A DNA stretch of 38,597 bases, taken from NCBI RefSeq assembly GCF_004010195.1, contig NC_057719.1, forward strand, positions 13,443,904-13,482,500, read 5' to 3'. Of this stretch, positions 1 through 11,399 are shown one piece after another (position 1 is the stretch's first letter; every line of letters begins with the position of its first letter). A program made the position numbers and the translations under genes. The DNA comes from Chiloscyllium plagiosum (Eukaryota). The notes beneath the pieces were generated by a model, which searched no databases, was not told the origin of the DNA, and saw nothing but the letters and a program-made list of their open reading frames with translations.

Positions 1-817
1 ACTGGGACAAAGTGGAATTCACACTGTTGTGAAAGGGAATGGTTTTGAAAGAGTTAATATTCTTGTTGATCTCTTCAGATCATGTCGCACAATGGGTGGA
101 AATAGTGAATTGGCCACTTGCCTTTCTAAGGAACAGATGTATTCTGCACAGCTCCTAGGAGTCCTTAGCAATTATTCTGGAATAGAAATGTGGCTGTTCT
201 TATTGCTATCATACAATTAACAATCTTGTTAACAAATAACAGTGCTACTGTTATTTAAATTTAGGGGGTTCAGTTCTATTTTAAGGCTTAGTTGAGGAGG
301 TTTTTTTTCTTTCTCAGAGTGTAGTATGTCCTCCAGCAATGATCTTGTGACAGGCTGCAGAAAAAGTACAGGCAAAATAGGATTGGTGGCATTGAGCTGC
401 CTCAAAACAAAAACCTTACTCTGAAGCATGTATTGGCAGCAGATACCACGGGGTGTCAGGAGTGGCAGTTAGAATAATACCACGTTGGCCTTTGCCATCT
501 GTACCGGTATAGTTTCTTCACCTGCTCATTGATGGTCTTCTGAATCTGTGAAATCTTACACCACGACTGTGACCAGAGGTACTCAACTGTTGGGATCTGA
601 CCTTTTATAAAAGTCTAGGCGCTCGCATCTGGACATTGCAGCCTCACAAGGGAGTCACACTCACAAAGAGTTGTGCCGTGGGGTGGAGCAGGTACATCCC
701 AGCTTGCCCCTGACTCCAGGAGAGAAGACATATGAGGTGCTAGTTAAGAAAATAAAGCTTCTTGTTGAGCTGCCGTTTCAAAGAAACTCAGTCAAACAAT
801 TGGTTGGTCAGGCAAAG

Positions 818-1063
818 GGGTTCAGTTAGTTCAGTTGGCTGGATGGCTGGTTTGCAATGCAAAGTAATGCCAACAGAGGGATAGGGTTCAATTCCTAAAC
901 TGACTGAAGTTACCTCGAGCGTCTCTCTTTCTCAACCTCTCCCCTTGCCTGTGACATGGTGACCCTCAAGTTAAACCACCACCAATTGTCTCTATCTCCC
1001 TCTCTCTCTCGCTCTCTCTCTCTCTAATGAGAGACCAGCCCTCTGGACTTTACCTTTTACTTT
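818..1063 (+). mobile_element. tRNA-derived SINE (here 'family B') with internal (CT)n
   Basis: A-box-like TAGTTCAGTTGG, B-box GGTTCAATTCC, body TTCTCAACCTCTCCCC...GTTAAACCACCACCA and tail CTTTACCTTTTACTTT. Homologous copies lie at 12468-13040 and 34519-34712. Confidence 0.75.
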
Positions 1064-1189
1064 GTGTTTGGTCAGTGTGCAATATTTGAGAGGAGCAAAA
1101 TTCACGTTGTACCAGACTAGGGGATTTTGATGAGCAGTCAATGCTGGTCAAAAGGAGAGGGAAAGACAAGGGTGGAGTTATTCATAACA

Positions 1190-2143
1190 ACGAAGAACAA
1201 AGAACAGGCAGGAACAGACCCTTTGGCCCACCAGGCCTGTGCTGACACATGATGCGTTTCTAAACTAAAAGCCTTTTGCTTCTACACACTCCTTTTCCTT
1301 CTGTTCCCTGCTTATCCATGTATTTGTGAAGATGCTTCTTAAATGTTGCTTTTGGATATGCTTGTATCACCAGCACATTTCAGGCACTTACCATCCTCTG
1401 TGTGAAAAACCCAGCTCTGACATCTCCTTTAAACTTTCTACTTAGACCTACGTCTCCTAGTAATTGACATTTCTACCTTGGGAAAAGGACTCAGACTATC
1501 CATTCTATCCAGGCCTCTCATAACTTGGTAAACTTCTGCCAGGTTGTTCCTTGTCCTTCGACATTCAAGTGAAAGCAAACAAGTTTGTCCAATCTGTCCT
1601 GATAGTTAATTCCCTCTAAACCAACCAATATCCCAGTAAACTGCTTCTGTACTCTCTCTAAAGACTGTACATCCTTCTTCTAGTGTGGCAACCAGAACTG
1701 TATACAATATTCCAAATGTGGCTTAACTAAAGTCCAAACAGCTGCTACATGACTTGCCGATTTTTATACTCTGTGCCCTGACCAATAAAGGTAACATGCC
1801 ATATGCCTACTTGACCACTTTATCCACTTGTGTTTCAGTGAACAGTGAACCTGTATGCTTGGATTCCTCTGTACGTTATCGTTTCTAAGGGGTCTGCTAA
1901 TTGGTGTACACTTCCCTTTTGCATTAGCTCTTCCAAAATGCATCAACTTGGATTTGTCTGGATTAAATTCCACCTGTTATTTCTCCAAACAAGTTTCCAG
2001 GCTATCTATATCCTGCTGTATCCTTTGGCAATCCTCCTCACTACCCACAGCTCCCCCATGTCATCAGACCATCTACATTCTCCTTCAAACCATTTATATA
2101 CATTACAGACACCAAGGGTCCCAGCACTGATCCCTGTGGAACA
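1190..2143 (-). mobile_element. CR1/HER1-type LINE, decayed 3' part (RT C-terminus and 3' UTR)
   Basis: The minus strand encodes a VPQGSVLGP RT motif near 2115-2143 and MEFNPDKSKLMHFGR (ORF 1764-1973). A CR1 tail sits near 1190-1250. Confidence 0.85.
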
Positions 2144-2214
2144 CAGCACTGATCCCTGAGAGTTGGTGCTGACTCAATGGGCCAATTGCCCTTTTCCACG
2201 TGGCAGGTATTCTC

Positions 2215-2535
2215 TTTTCACAGTTTGTCTTCTCCCATTTTGTACTTTCACCCAAGGAGCACTCTTGTTCTTATCCATAAGTAACTTAATTTACAGAATT
2301 ATGGTCGCTATTCCCAAACTGCTCCCCACTGGAACTTCGATCACTTGGCCAGGCTCCTTCCCTCATACCAGGTCTCGTATAGCCTCTTTCCTGGTTCGAC
2401 TATTTACATATGCTTCAAGAAATCCTCTAGATACACCGAACAAATTCACCCTGATCCAGGCCCCGGGCATGAAGGGAGTCCCAGTCAATAGAGAAGTTAA
2501 AATCATTCACCAGACCAACCCTGTTGTGTTTACAT
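2215..2535 (-). mobile_element. CR1 LINE APE-endonuclease fragment
   Basis: The minus strand gives DFNF-IDWD and EPGQVIEVPVGEQFGNSDHN motifs of the CR1 ORF2 endonuclease. Confidence 0.75.
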
Positions 2536-2558
2536 TTTGTTATAATCTGTCCACATAC

Positions 2559-2847
2559 GGTGGCACAGTCGTTAGCACTGCTGCCTCACAGCACCAGAGA
2601 CCTGGGTTCAATTCCCGACTCAGGCGACTGACTGTGTGGAGTTTGCACGTTCTCCCCGTGTCTGCGTGGGTTTCCTCCGGGTGCTCCGATTTCCTCCCAC
2701 AGTCCAAAGGTGTGCAGGTCAGGTGAATTGGCCATGCTAAATTGCCCGTAGTGTTAGGTAAGGGGTATGGGTGGGTTTCGCTTCGGCGGGTCAGTGTTGG
2801 GCCGAAGGGCCTGTTTCCACACTGTAATGTAATGTAATCTAATCTAA
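2559..2847 (+). mobile_element. HE1 SINE (V-SINE)
   Basis: tRNA head GGTGGCACAG...GGTTCAATTCC, V-domain GGAGTTTGCACGTTCTCCCCGTGTCTGCGTGGGTTTCCTCCGGGTGCTCCG, HER1-like tail and (TAATG/TAATC)n end. Confidence 0.93.
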
Positions 2848-3064
2848 GCACGGCAGGTACGAGAGGCTATAAAAGAGCCTCCTGGACAAAGCACCCTGGC
2901 CACAACTCTCCTGGCAAAGGCCATTGCTTTTAACATAAAACTGACTGAGGATACAAAATTTAAATTTCACTTGCAAATACTTCACATTGCCTTTGTTTTA
3001 TGCTATTCGTGAGGGCTCCATGGTGATTCCAGATGAGCTTAATCCAAAAGCTATGCTGTCATGT

Positions 3065-3668
3065 CAAAGAGTCATAGAGATGTACAGCATGGAAACAGAC
3101 CTTTTGGTCCAACCTGTCCATGCTGACTAGATATCCCAACCCAATCTAGTCCCACCTGCCAGTACCCAGCCCATATCCCTCCAAACCCTTCCTATTCATA
3201 TACCCATCCAAATGCCTCTTAAACGTTGCAATTGTACCAGCCTCCACCACTTCCTCTGGCAGCTCATTCCATACACGTACCACCCTCTGTGTTAAAAGGT
3301 TGCCCCTTAGGTCTCTTTTATATCTTTCCCCTCTCACTCTAAACCTATGCCCTCTAGTTCTGGACTCCCCGACCCCAGGGAAAAGACTTTGTCTATTTAC
3401 CCTATCCATGCCCCTCATAATTTTGTAAACCTCTATAAGGTCACCCCTCAGCCTCTGACGCTCCAGGGAAAACAGCCCCAGCCTGTTCAGCCTCTCCCTA
3501 TAGCTCAAATCCTCCAACCCTGGCAACATCCTTGTAAATCTTTTCTGAACCCTTTCAACTTTCACAACATCTTTCCAATAGGAAGGAGACCAGAATTGCA
3601 TACAATATTCCAACAGTGGCCTAACCAATCTCCTGTACAGCCGCAACATGACCTCTCAACTCCTGTAT
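3065..3668 (-). mobile_element. HER1/CR1 LINE 3' end, young, 5'-truncated
   Basis: Open frame LYRRLVRPLLEYCMQFWSP...RLRGDLIEVYKIM...SRTRGHRF...RVVRVWNELP is the CR1 ORF2 C-terminus. The tail is shared with HE1. Confidence 0.93.
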
Positions 3669-3854
3669 GCATTGATGGTTAGAGGGGAATTAATGACATT
3701 TTGTTTATTGTGGATGAAAGTATGATGCATATTTGCACTCCCACCTTCCTGAATGTTCAGGTTTGTGCCCAGTGTTGTACTCACTGCTCCATGGTACGGA
3801 ATACCTGGGAACTACATTTGCTGATGGCTCAATGAAAGAAAGTAAGCCATCAAC

Positions 3855-4500
3855 AGCAGACAAAGAGTCTACAAAAGAATTTATTCAAGTTAAGTAAGTT
3901 GACAGATGAAGTATAAAATGGGTGAATGGGAACTTGTCCACTTTGTATCAGCAAGATAGAAAAGCAGTGTATTGTTGAATTGGAACTAGACCACAGATCT
4001 CTACAGTACAGAGCCAGCTGTTAGTATGCAGCTGCAGCAAGTGATTAGTAGGCAAGTGGAATGTTGTCACTTATTGCAAGGGGAAATTGAGGATTAGGGA
4101 AACAAAGTGTTGCTCCAGTACACAAGGCTAAATAGGACAGCATCAGGAGTGCTCTATATACTTCTAGTTTCTTTGTTTATGAATTCAAAATAATTAAATT
4201 AGAAGCAGGCCAGAAAAGGTACGCTCAAATAATTCCTAGGGTGAAGGGTTTAACGTATAAGGAAAAGGTGAGCAGGTTGGGCTTCTATCTAATGGAGTTT
4301 AGAAAAATGAGACGCGATTTATTGAAAGATATAAAGAGGAAACCTGACAGGGTGGATGCTTTCCCTTGTTGGACTTTATAGAACCTGTGGGCACCATTTA
4401 AAGATTAGAGAGTCTAGATCCGATTTAAGATGGAGACGAGGAGATTTTCTTCTCTCAGAAAGCTATTTAATTAGAATCTCGTCCCCCAGAGAGGTGAAGG
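3855..4500 (+). mobile_element. Old CR1 LINE ORF2 C-terminal fragment
   Basis: Degenerate CR1 signatures, e.g. GGAGTTTAGAAAAATGAGACGCGATTTATTGAAA and TTTTCTTCTCTCAGA. Confidence 0.7.
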
Positions 4501-4869
4501 GTTAGTCTACACACTCGGGACTTGATCAAGGCAATGTTGGGAAAGCAGTGTGATTCGCTGTCCTGTCTGATTAAATTTCCCCATTGCCAAAGAAAATCTC
4601 CCTCTCTACCCAAGCTTTTAGTCACAAAATATCTTAGAGTAGAATATTCTTGATGAATCAAGAGAAATAGTTATTGGAAGGATAGACGGTTCCTCCAATT
4701 CTGTGGCTGTTGTCCTGATCCCTGTCACCATCTCTGCAACTGTCCATCTACAACCACAATAAATCAATGTCCATTCCCTACATGCAATTGAACATTCACA
4801 AATATGTAACGTGATACACTTGAGTGTTCCAACATTAAGAAAAATTAATTAGAACGGGAACGCCTTTAC

Positions 4870-5298
4870 CTCACAGTCATGAAACTCCTCTTCCTCCACC
4901 TCATAGGAGACAGTTTGAATTTTGACATCGTTCTCTGTGTAGTCCACGTGTTTAGATTCTGAATGGTCAGGGGAGTCAATCGTCAAGTTCTTCCTCTCAG
5001 TGAATGTCGTCTCACTGCTGTCGTTCCTGTAATCCTTGACACCCTCTTTCATCTCGTCCTTATACAAAATAAAGTTTGGCCGGTAAAAGGCCTCGACAGC
5101 CAGATGCAGGGAGCTGGCGTCCAGGAGCTGATGTGTGAAGTTGGCTTTGGGTTTGTTCTTGGCAGAACCATTGCTCATAAAGTAGTTCAAAATCTTCTCT
5201 TTATAGTGCTGCTGCTCGCTGTAATCGTCCTGGTAACCATAATCATGCTTATTGTTTTTCTCGAGCAGAGGATTCTGAAGTTCTGTCAGGTTTTCCAT
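4870..5298 (-). CDS. SYNDIG1L: First coding exon of synapse differentiation-inducing gene 1-like protein (SYNDIG1L/capucin/TMEM90A), aa 1-143; partial CDS
   Basis: The ORF MENLTELQNPLL...HQLLDASSLHLAVEAFYRP...SSETTFTE...IQTVSYEVEEE matches the recalled human SYNDIG1L N-terminus (MESLSELQNPLL...HQLLDPGSLQLAVEAWYRP...SCETSFTE...IQTVSYGVQEE). The start has a strong Kozak context (ACAATGG). A phase-0 donor GAG|GTAAAG lies at 4870/4869. The C-terminal CD225 domain exons are not in the window. Confidence 0.9.
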
Positions 5299-5413
5299 TG
5301 TTTTCTCAGGGCAGGGTGGACGATGAAAGGGAGGGGTCGGGACGGTTTCCGGGGGCAGCTAGTCAGGTGATCAATTGACTGTTAGGCCACGAGGATGATC
5401 ATTGGCCCAAGGC
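5299..5413 (-). other. SYNDIG1L: 5' UTR part of the SYNDIG1L first coding exon
   Basis: Lies between the ATG (5298) and a canonical acceptor, minus-strand TTTCTCTCCTTCTTCTTCTCTATAG|GCC. Confidence 0.75.
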
Positions 5414-5440
5414 CTATAGAGAAGAAGAAGGAGAGAAATT
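5414..5440 (-). promoter_or_regulatory. Polypyrimidine tract and 3' splice acceptor
   Basis: Plus-strand ctatagagaagaagaaggagagaaatt reads as a pyrimidine tract ending in TAG on the minus strand. This implies an upstream non-coding exon further right. Confidence 0.75.
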
Positions 5441-5544
5441 ATGTTTGGTATCTTCACTCCAACATCTTAGAATTCAATAAACAAATACTTTTTATTTGCT
5501 GTTCAGGTTATCACTTGAATTACCCACTATCAACATCCTGTGGG

Positions 5545-6175
5545 TTATCATTGATCAGAAACTTAACTGGACTCAGCACATAAGCACAGTGGCTACAAGA
5601 GCAGGTCAGAGGTGAGGAATACTGTGGCGAGTGACTCACCCCCTGACTCCCCCAAAGCCTCTCCACCATCTACAAGGCATAAGCCAGGAGTGTGATGGAA
5701 TGCGCCCCACTTGCCTGGATGAGTGCAGCTCCAAAAACACTCAAGAAGCTATACATAGCAGCCCACTTAACTGGCACTGCATCTACTCCCTCCACTACCG
5801 ATGCTCCGTAGCAGCAGTGTGTAATTTCTGCAAGATGAACTGTAGAAATTCACCAAAGATCCTCAGTCAGCGCCTTCAAACCCACAACCAGTTCCGTTTA
5901 GGACAAAAGCAACAGGTATATGGGAACACCCCACTTCTTTCAAGTTGCCCTCCAAGCCACTCACCATTCTGACTTAGAAATATATCATCATTCCTTCACT
6001 GTTGCTGGGTCAAAATCCTGGAATTCCCTCCTTAATGGAATTGTGGGTCAACCTACAGCAGGTGGACTGCAGGGGTTTAAGAAGGCAGCTCACCCACACC
6101 TTCTCAAGGGCAACTAGGGATGGACAATAAATGCTGGGCCCAGCCAGCGACACCCACATCCCACAAAATGAATTT
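5545..6175 (+). mobile_element. CR1/L2-group LINE ('family B') 3' fragment
   Basis: Remnants THPLTP and TIYKA plus the tail AAGAAGGCAGCTCACC..CACCTTCTCAAGGGCAACTAGGGATGG..ATAAATGCTGG..CCCACATCCC. The same tail occurs at 25940-26275 and 36660-36760. Confidence 0.85.
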
Positions 6176-6284
6176 TTAAAAATCTGATTGAGGAAGCAAT
6201 GGTGTTCTGCCATCACAGTCTTCATCATTGGCTGGCACATTCCTCTTAAAATGCATGAACTTGATTGAAGGCTGTTTCAGACCA

Positions 6285-6540
6285 TCGAGAACTGAATTGA
6301 GAAGAAACCTCCTCACCCAGAGGGTTTTAAAATCTACAGAATTCCTTGCCCAGTGAATTAGTTGACGCTACTCCCCAGTAAATATTTTTAGAGCTAAGAT
6401 AGATTTTTTTTTGAACAGTGACGCAGGAGTCACTAAATGCCAATTTATCTCCTAACATTTGCACCAATTTGTCGGGCTGAGTAATTTTATGATGGAGTGG
6501 ACACCTGGGCGAGAATAGAATCAATCTGATTTAGAATAAG
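6285..6540 (+). mobile_element. Old CR1 3' end fragment
   Basis: GAGAAGAAACCTCCTCACCCAGAGGGTT...GAATTCCTTGCCCAG...GAGCTAAGATAGATTTTT. Confidence 0.6.
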
Positions 6541-6979
6541 CCATGTCTGTAATCAACTGTAGATTATTTATTAATAAAGCTGAAGTGATAACATCACTGC
6601 GGTTACTCCTTGTGTGTGAGAGGAGTCAGATTTAATGCACCAACTGCATCGATATACAGTCGTGCTGACTGCAGGTTCATTAGCAAAGCTACGTGACCAT
6701 GGCAGGATTTGAATTCATGAATTCTGAGTCACTAATCCTGGGCCGCGACCTCTAGACTACTGAGTGCACAACTTTCCATCCTTTATCACTCAAGTGTTTT
6801 CCCATCCAAATAACAAAATTGTCCAAAGTACAAAACACATCAGGTAATGCTTGATCTAAGCTGCTCAATAGCATTGAAACAGATAAATTAGAAATATTGG
6901 AGCAGACATATTAGGACCAGAGCAGACTGTTCCAACTGCTTGAGCCTCTCCTGTCATTCAATGGCAGCAGATTTGTTTG

Positions 6980-7086
6980 TCATAGAGTCACACAGCATGA
7001 AAACACAGTCCAACTAATCTATGTTGACCCTGTTCCCAAACAAAACTAGCCCCACTGCCTGCGTTTGGCAAATATCCCTCTAAACC
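6980..7086 (-). mobile_element. HER1 3' tail fragment
   Basis: CATAGAGTCACACAGCATG...ATATCCCTCTAAACC matches the tail at 3070-3190. Confidence 0.7.
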
Positions 7087-7124
7087 TTAAATAAAATGGA
7101 AAGCACTGTGAATGCAGTTAACCA

Positions 7125-7224
7125 GGAACAAAAAACAGCAATTGCTGGAAAAGCTCAGCAGGTTTGGCAGCATCTGTGGAGAGAAATCAGATATAATGTT
7201 TCGGGTCCAGTGACCCTTCCTCAA
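7125..7224 (-). mobile_element. Penelope-like pseudo-LTR fragment (family 3) with truncated hammerhead motif
   Basis: Minus-strand GAGGAAGGGTCACTGGACCCGAAAC...CTCCACAGATGCTGCC..ACCTGCTGAGCTTTTCCAGCAAT, homologous to 16943-17073. Confidence 0.7.
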
Positions 7225-8330
7225 CCTGTCAAACAACATGGCCTCTCGGGTGGGTGTGAATGATTCGGTGGTTCTACTCAAAGAGTAGGGGCATTCTACG
7301 TGGCATACCTGATTCTCCAGCCAACACCTAAAACGAAACAATGGATTGGGTCGTTGATGTCATTGCTGTCTGGGAGCCCCATTCCTGATGCAAATGAAGC
7401 AGTATCACAGAGATACACCAGCTGGATCAGACCTGAAGGATGAAAGCTGATACAGAGCAGGGAACCAGTCATGCTAGCACAGGGAAGCCACATGACCCTA
7501 TGAAACAGAGAGTGGCACACAGGAAGGAACCCACACATTGGCAAATGAGTCTAATGGCAGGCAGTGAGCACTTGGGCAGCATAGGGGGCATTGTGGGGAC
7601 TTAACAGGAAGGAGCAAACACAACTGAAGGCAGCCTCCAGAAATGCTGTAGGAAGTAACATGGAAGGAATTCTTTAAAGTTTTCTGGGAGCAGCCCATGA
7701 ACTTTAAAAACGTAGTGTTCCTTAAAGACTTCCCTCACTTTCTAAAGCCAAGAACTGCTCTCACAGCTGACCACACCTCAGTGTGATCATTCCCCCTCCT
7801 TTACCCTCATGATGGCTTATGACTGAAATTATTTCAAGCTCAGTCTCTGGTCTAACTGAATAATTCTTTATTTATTTACATAATCCTTAATTTTTCATCC
7901 AGGTTTAATTATATAAATATATATGTATAGAGTTTGATCACGGCTTGTCATGAATGGGGGCATGGCTCAAACATGGATCTGCTGAGGTAGCAGGGGTATC
8001 GAGTTAATTGGAAATGTCAGGGAAACAGTGTCCTAGACTTCACCTTAAATAGACAAATCTTTGATGTGTTTGACAAAGCTGGAGATTGTGTGAAGGGTAT
8101 TCCATATCACAGAGAGGGATGCTTTCTCACAGATGAAATCATAAAGGTGATTCAGGTGATTGATGTAACTTTAACTGCTTTATTATTTCATTTCTATTGA
8201 TCAGACTTGGGTGTTCCAAATAAAATAGTACACCTGGAGAATACTAATCAGCTTTAACCCACCCAGGAGTCCAGAAACCTGAATGTTATGAGATGGCAAA
8301 CTTGCTCTATTGTAGATAGATTTAATTTCA

Positions 8331-8425
8331 GTTTTGCATCTCTTCAGTCCATATTTCAAAGAAATTCCTTATGGATTTCAATCACTTCTTCGCTTGTTGA
8401 AATATGGACTGAAGAGATGCAAAAC
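8331..8425. repeat. Perfect 29-bp inverted repeat with 37-nt spacer
   Basis: 8331-8359 GTTTTGCATCTCTTCAGTCCATATTTCAA is the exact reverse complement of 8397-8425. Confidence 0.95.
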
Positions 8426-9808
8426 CAAGGTGGGTATATGACCCCATTAATAGAGCAAGGATGGAACTAAGTGTTGGGAAATACACATGTAGTTTATGTA
8501 ATTCCAATAGCACACATCTCTTGCTAAGAGGGTAGCTTGATTCACCACCTTCAACATTCATTCCCTCCACCACGCGGACAATGTGCCTTATTGTATACCA
8601 TCTATAGGATGTAAGATAGTCTCCTGCCAGTATTGCTGGTGAATATGGGCATCATTTCCATTGAGTGTTGGGATCCCTGTTTTGTTCAGAAAAAGCCCAC
8701 CCAGTGAAAAATCAATGCTACTGCCATTTCATTCTGATGCTGATCCTGCTCACTGTTTCAGTAGCAGCAGGATTCAATACTGCTGAGTTTCAATGGGCTG
8801 CACTTTCTTTTTTTTAACATGCCTGAGTGTCTGAGTGCAACTGAAAAGCAATGGAAATATCAGTGCCATATTCATTTATTGTTGTTTTCTTTGGTGGCTG
8901 ATCTAAAGATACTTAATGTCCTGCTTTAAACGTATAGTGCACGCTGTGCTATACTTCAGCTCCAGAGACAGAGCTTGCCACCAGGTTGTCTCATGTTGTG
9001 ATGTATTTGACTGACTGGAACATGCTCGAGTTTAATGTATTTCTCATCTCTGAATGAACCACATCTCCTGTATTAATGCCCTTCACAACAGAAGACCATA
9101 AGTAATAAGACGTTCAGCCCCTCAGTAGGACCTCATTGGTGAGGACAGATGGGCGAGAGTTACATTTGAGGGGGTGGGGGAAGAGAGACTGGAATAGAAG
9201 ATCAGAAGTGTTTGAGATGCAATGGCGTCAGGGGTGATATAGGCCAGAAGGAGATGCAAGAGAAATTGGAAGCAAAGTTTCGCTAGTCAGAAACTTCCAG
9301 CACTTTCCAATTCCATGACCTCTGACCTAGAGACAGGTGTACAACTATAGCAGCAGGAAGAAGTGAGGACCTTATTGAACTGAGAGTATAATTGCAGAAG
9401 CAATATTCTTAACGAACCGAAAAAATTATTTGTGTGAATGATTAACTGAGGAAGATTATTTTTTTGGGTTGGTAGAATGGGTTGAAGATGTCATAGCAGC
9501 AATTAAATGGAGTTACTTCATGCTGTCTTTACACATGCCACTTTGGCACAGAGCAATCTGAGCAGTAAAGTGGTACAGCTTACAGGGATCAAAATGCCTG
9601 TCATGACAAAACAGCATGGGGCTCCATGTGAGTGATACTATGGAGGAATCAAAAACCAAACATAAAAGCAGGCAGGAACCAGGAGCATTGGCTAGGTCAT
9701 TCAGACCCTAAAGAAAATGAGATGGCAATCAAATCATTAAAGCAAGTAACATTCAGACCACACAATTTTGAATTACCTCCAACAGAGATTCTATGCTAAA
9801 CTGTAAGA

Positions 9809-10129
9809 GCGGCACGGTGGGTGGCACGGTGGCACAGTGGTTAGCACTACTGCCTCACAGCGCCAGAGACCCGGGTTCAATTCTCGCCTCAGGTGACTGA
9901 CTGTGTGGAGTTTGCACGTTGTCTGCGTGGGTTTCCTCTGGGTGCGCCGGTTTCCTCCCACAGTCCAAAGATGTGCACGTCAGGTGAATTGGCCATGCTA
10001 AATTGTCTGTAGTGTTAGGTCAGGGGTATGGGTGGGTTGCGCTTCGGCGGGGCGGTGTGGACATTTTGGGCCGAAGGGCCTGTTTCCACACTGTAATGTA
10101 ATCTAATCTAAAAAAAAACTAATCTAATC
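9809..10129 (+). mobile_element. HE1 SINE
   Basis: Same head, V-domain and tail as 2559-2847, with a duplicated GGCACGGTGG at the 5' end. Confidence 0.93.
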
Positions 10130-10304
10130 TTTGACTTTTATAAATAATAGCTGGGACCAGATTCCCAGATTCCCAACCCCATTCCTCATGTCCCTGTTTT
10201 TACTAGCATGGGATTGGGATGTTGACTATTGTGGGTCGCTGCTCTGAATTTAAACAAAAGCTTAGGGAATAATTGTTGTTAGGTACATTCTCCACACAAA
10301 TGCC

Positions 10305-11275
10305 TTAGAATCATAGAGTCGTACAGTTTGGAAACAGACCTTTCAGTCCAACTCGCCCATGCTGACCAAGTTTCCTAAACTAAACTAGTCCCATTTGCCT
10401 GTGTTTGCCCATATCCCTTTAAACCTGTACTTTTTATGGACATGTCCAAATGTTTTCTAAGTATTGGAACTGTACCTGCATCCACTACTTCCTCAGACAG
10501 TTCATTCCACACATGAACCACCCTTTGTGTGAAAAAGTTGCCCCTCAGCTCCCTTTTAAATCTTTCTCCTCTCACCTTAAAATTTATGCCCCCTAGTTTT
10601 GAACACCCCTATCCTTGGGAAAACACCTTTGCAATTAACCTTATCTGTGTCCCTCATGATTTTAAAACCTCTCTACCTCCTACCCTCCAGTGAAAAAGGT
10701 CCCAACCGATTGAGCCTCTACTTATAACTCAAACCCTTCAGTCCCAGCGACATCTTTATAAACCTTTACTGCACCCTTTCCAATGTAGCAGTATCCTTCC
10801 CATAGCAGGGTGACCTTGTAAGCTGTACAGTTTTACTGCTAAGATTACTCTGTGCTAAAGTGGCACATGTAAAGACAGCATGAAGTAACCGTTTAACTGC
10901 TGTTATGAAATCTTCAAATGATTCAACAAATCCCCAAAAATAATCTTCCTCAATTAGGCATTCATACAAATATTTGCCTGGTTTATTGCCTCTGCAGTTA
11001 CACAGTGTACAGTGTTCTAAATTTGACTTCACTAATGTTCTTTACAACCCTCAACATGACACCCCAATTCCTGTACTCAATGGTCTGAGCAATGATGGCA
11101 AGCATGCCAAACACCTTCTTTACCACCCTGTTTAGCTGTGACGCAACTTTCAAGGAACTATGTACCTGAACCCTGAGGCCTCTCTGTTTGACAACACCGC
11201 CCAGGACCCTGCCATTAACTGTGTAAATCCTGCCCTTGTTTGTCTTATTAAAATGCAACACCTCAGCAGTTATCA
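10305..11275 (-). mobile_element. HER1/CR1 LINE 3' fragment, interrupted at 10817-11002
   Basis: ORF remnants GERFKRELRGNFFTQRVVHVWNEL and EVLHFNKTN...RVQVHSSLKVASQLNRVVKK. Confidence 0.88.
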
Positions 11276-11399
11276 AAATTAAATCTTCTTACAAATGTCT
11301 TTGAACTTAAGTCTAAGTCAGCCAGGGGTTTTGAAGCATCCACAAAATCTCCTACCGAGACCTCCCTTGGAATATTGCCATCTGTGCTCTGATGTCAAT

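Noticed and set aside
2163..2851. 187-aa and 103-aa ORFs
   Set aside because: Chance frames across an antisense CR1 fragment and an HE1 SINE; similar peptides recur at other HE1 copies.
3146..3649. 167-aa intact ORF as a host gene
   Set aside because: C-terminus of CR1/HER1 ORF2 in a 5'-truncated copy.
4849..4869. ORF-track C-terminus VKAFPF*
   Set aside because: Read-through past the GT donor into the intron; the family's membrane domain requires further exons.
4963..5370. 135-aa hydrophobic plus-strand ORF
   Set aside because: Antisense shadow of the SYNDIG1L exon; no independent support.
8620..8785. Possible degenerate MITE with TCCTGC...GCAGGA ends
   Set aside because: The inverted match is too short and no TSD is present.
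9820..9895. tRNA genes at SINE heads (also 818, 2559, 12492, 14490, 35900)
   Set aside because: The A/B boxes continue into SINE bodies; no complete cloverleaf is evident.
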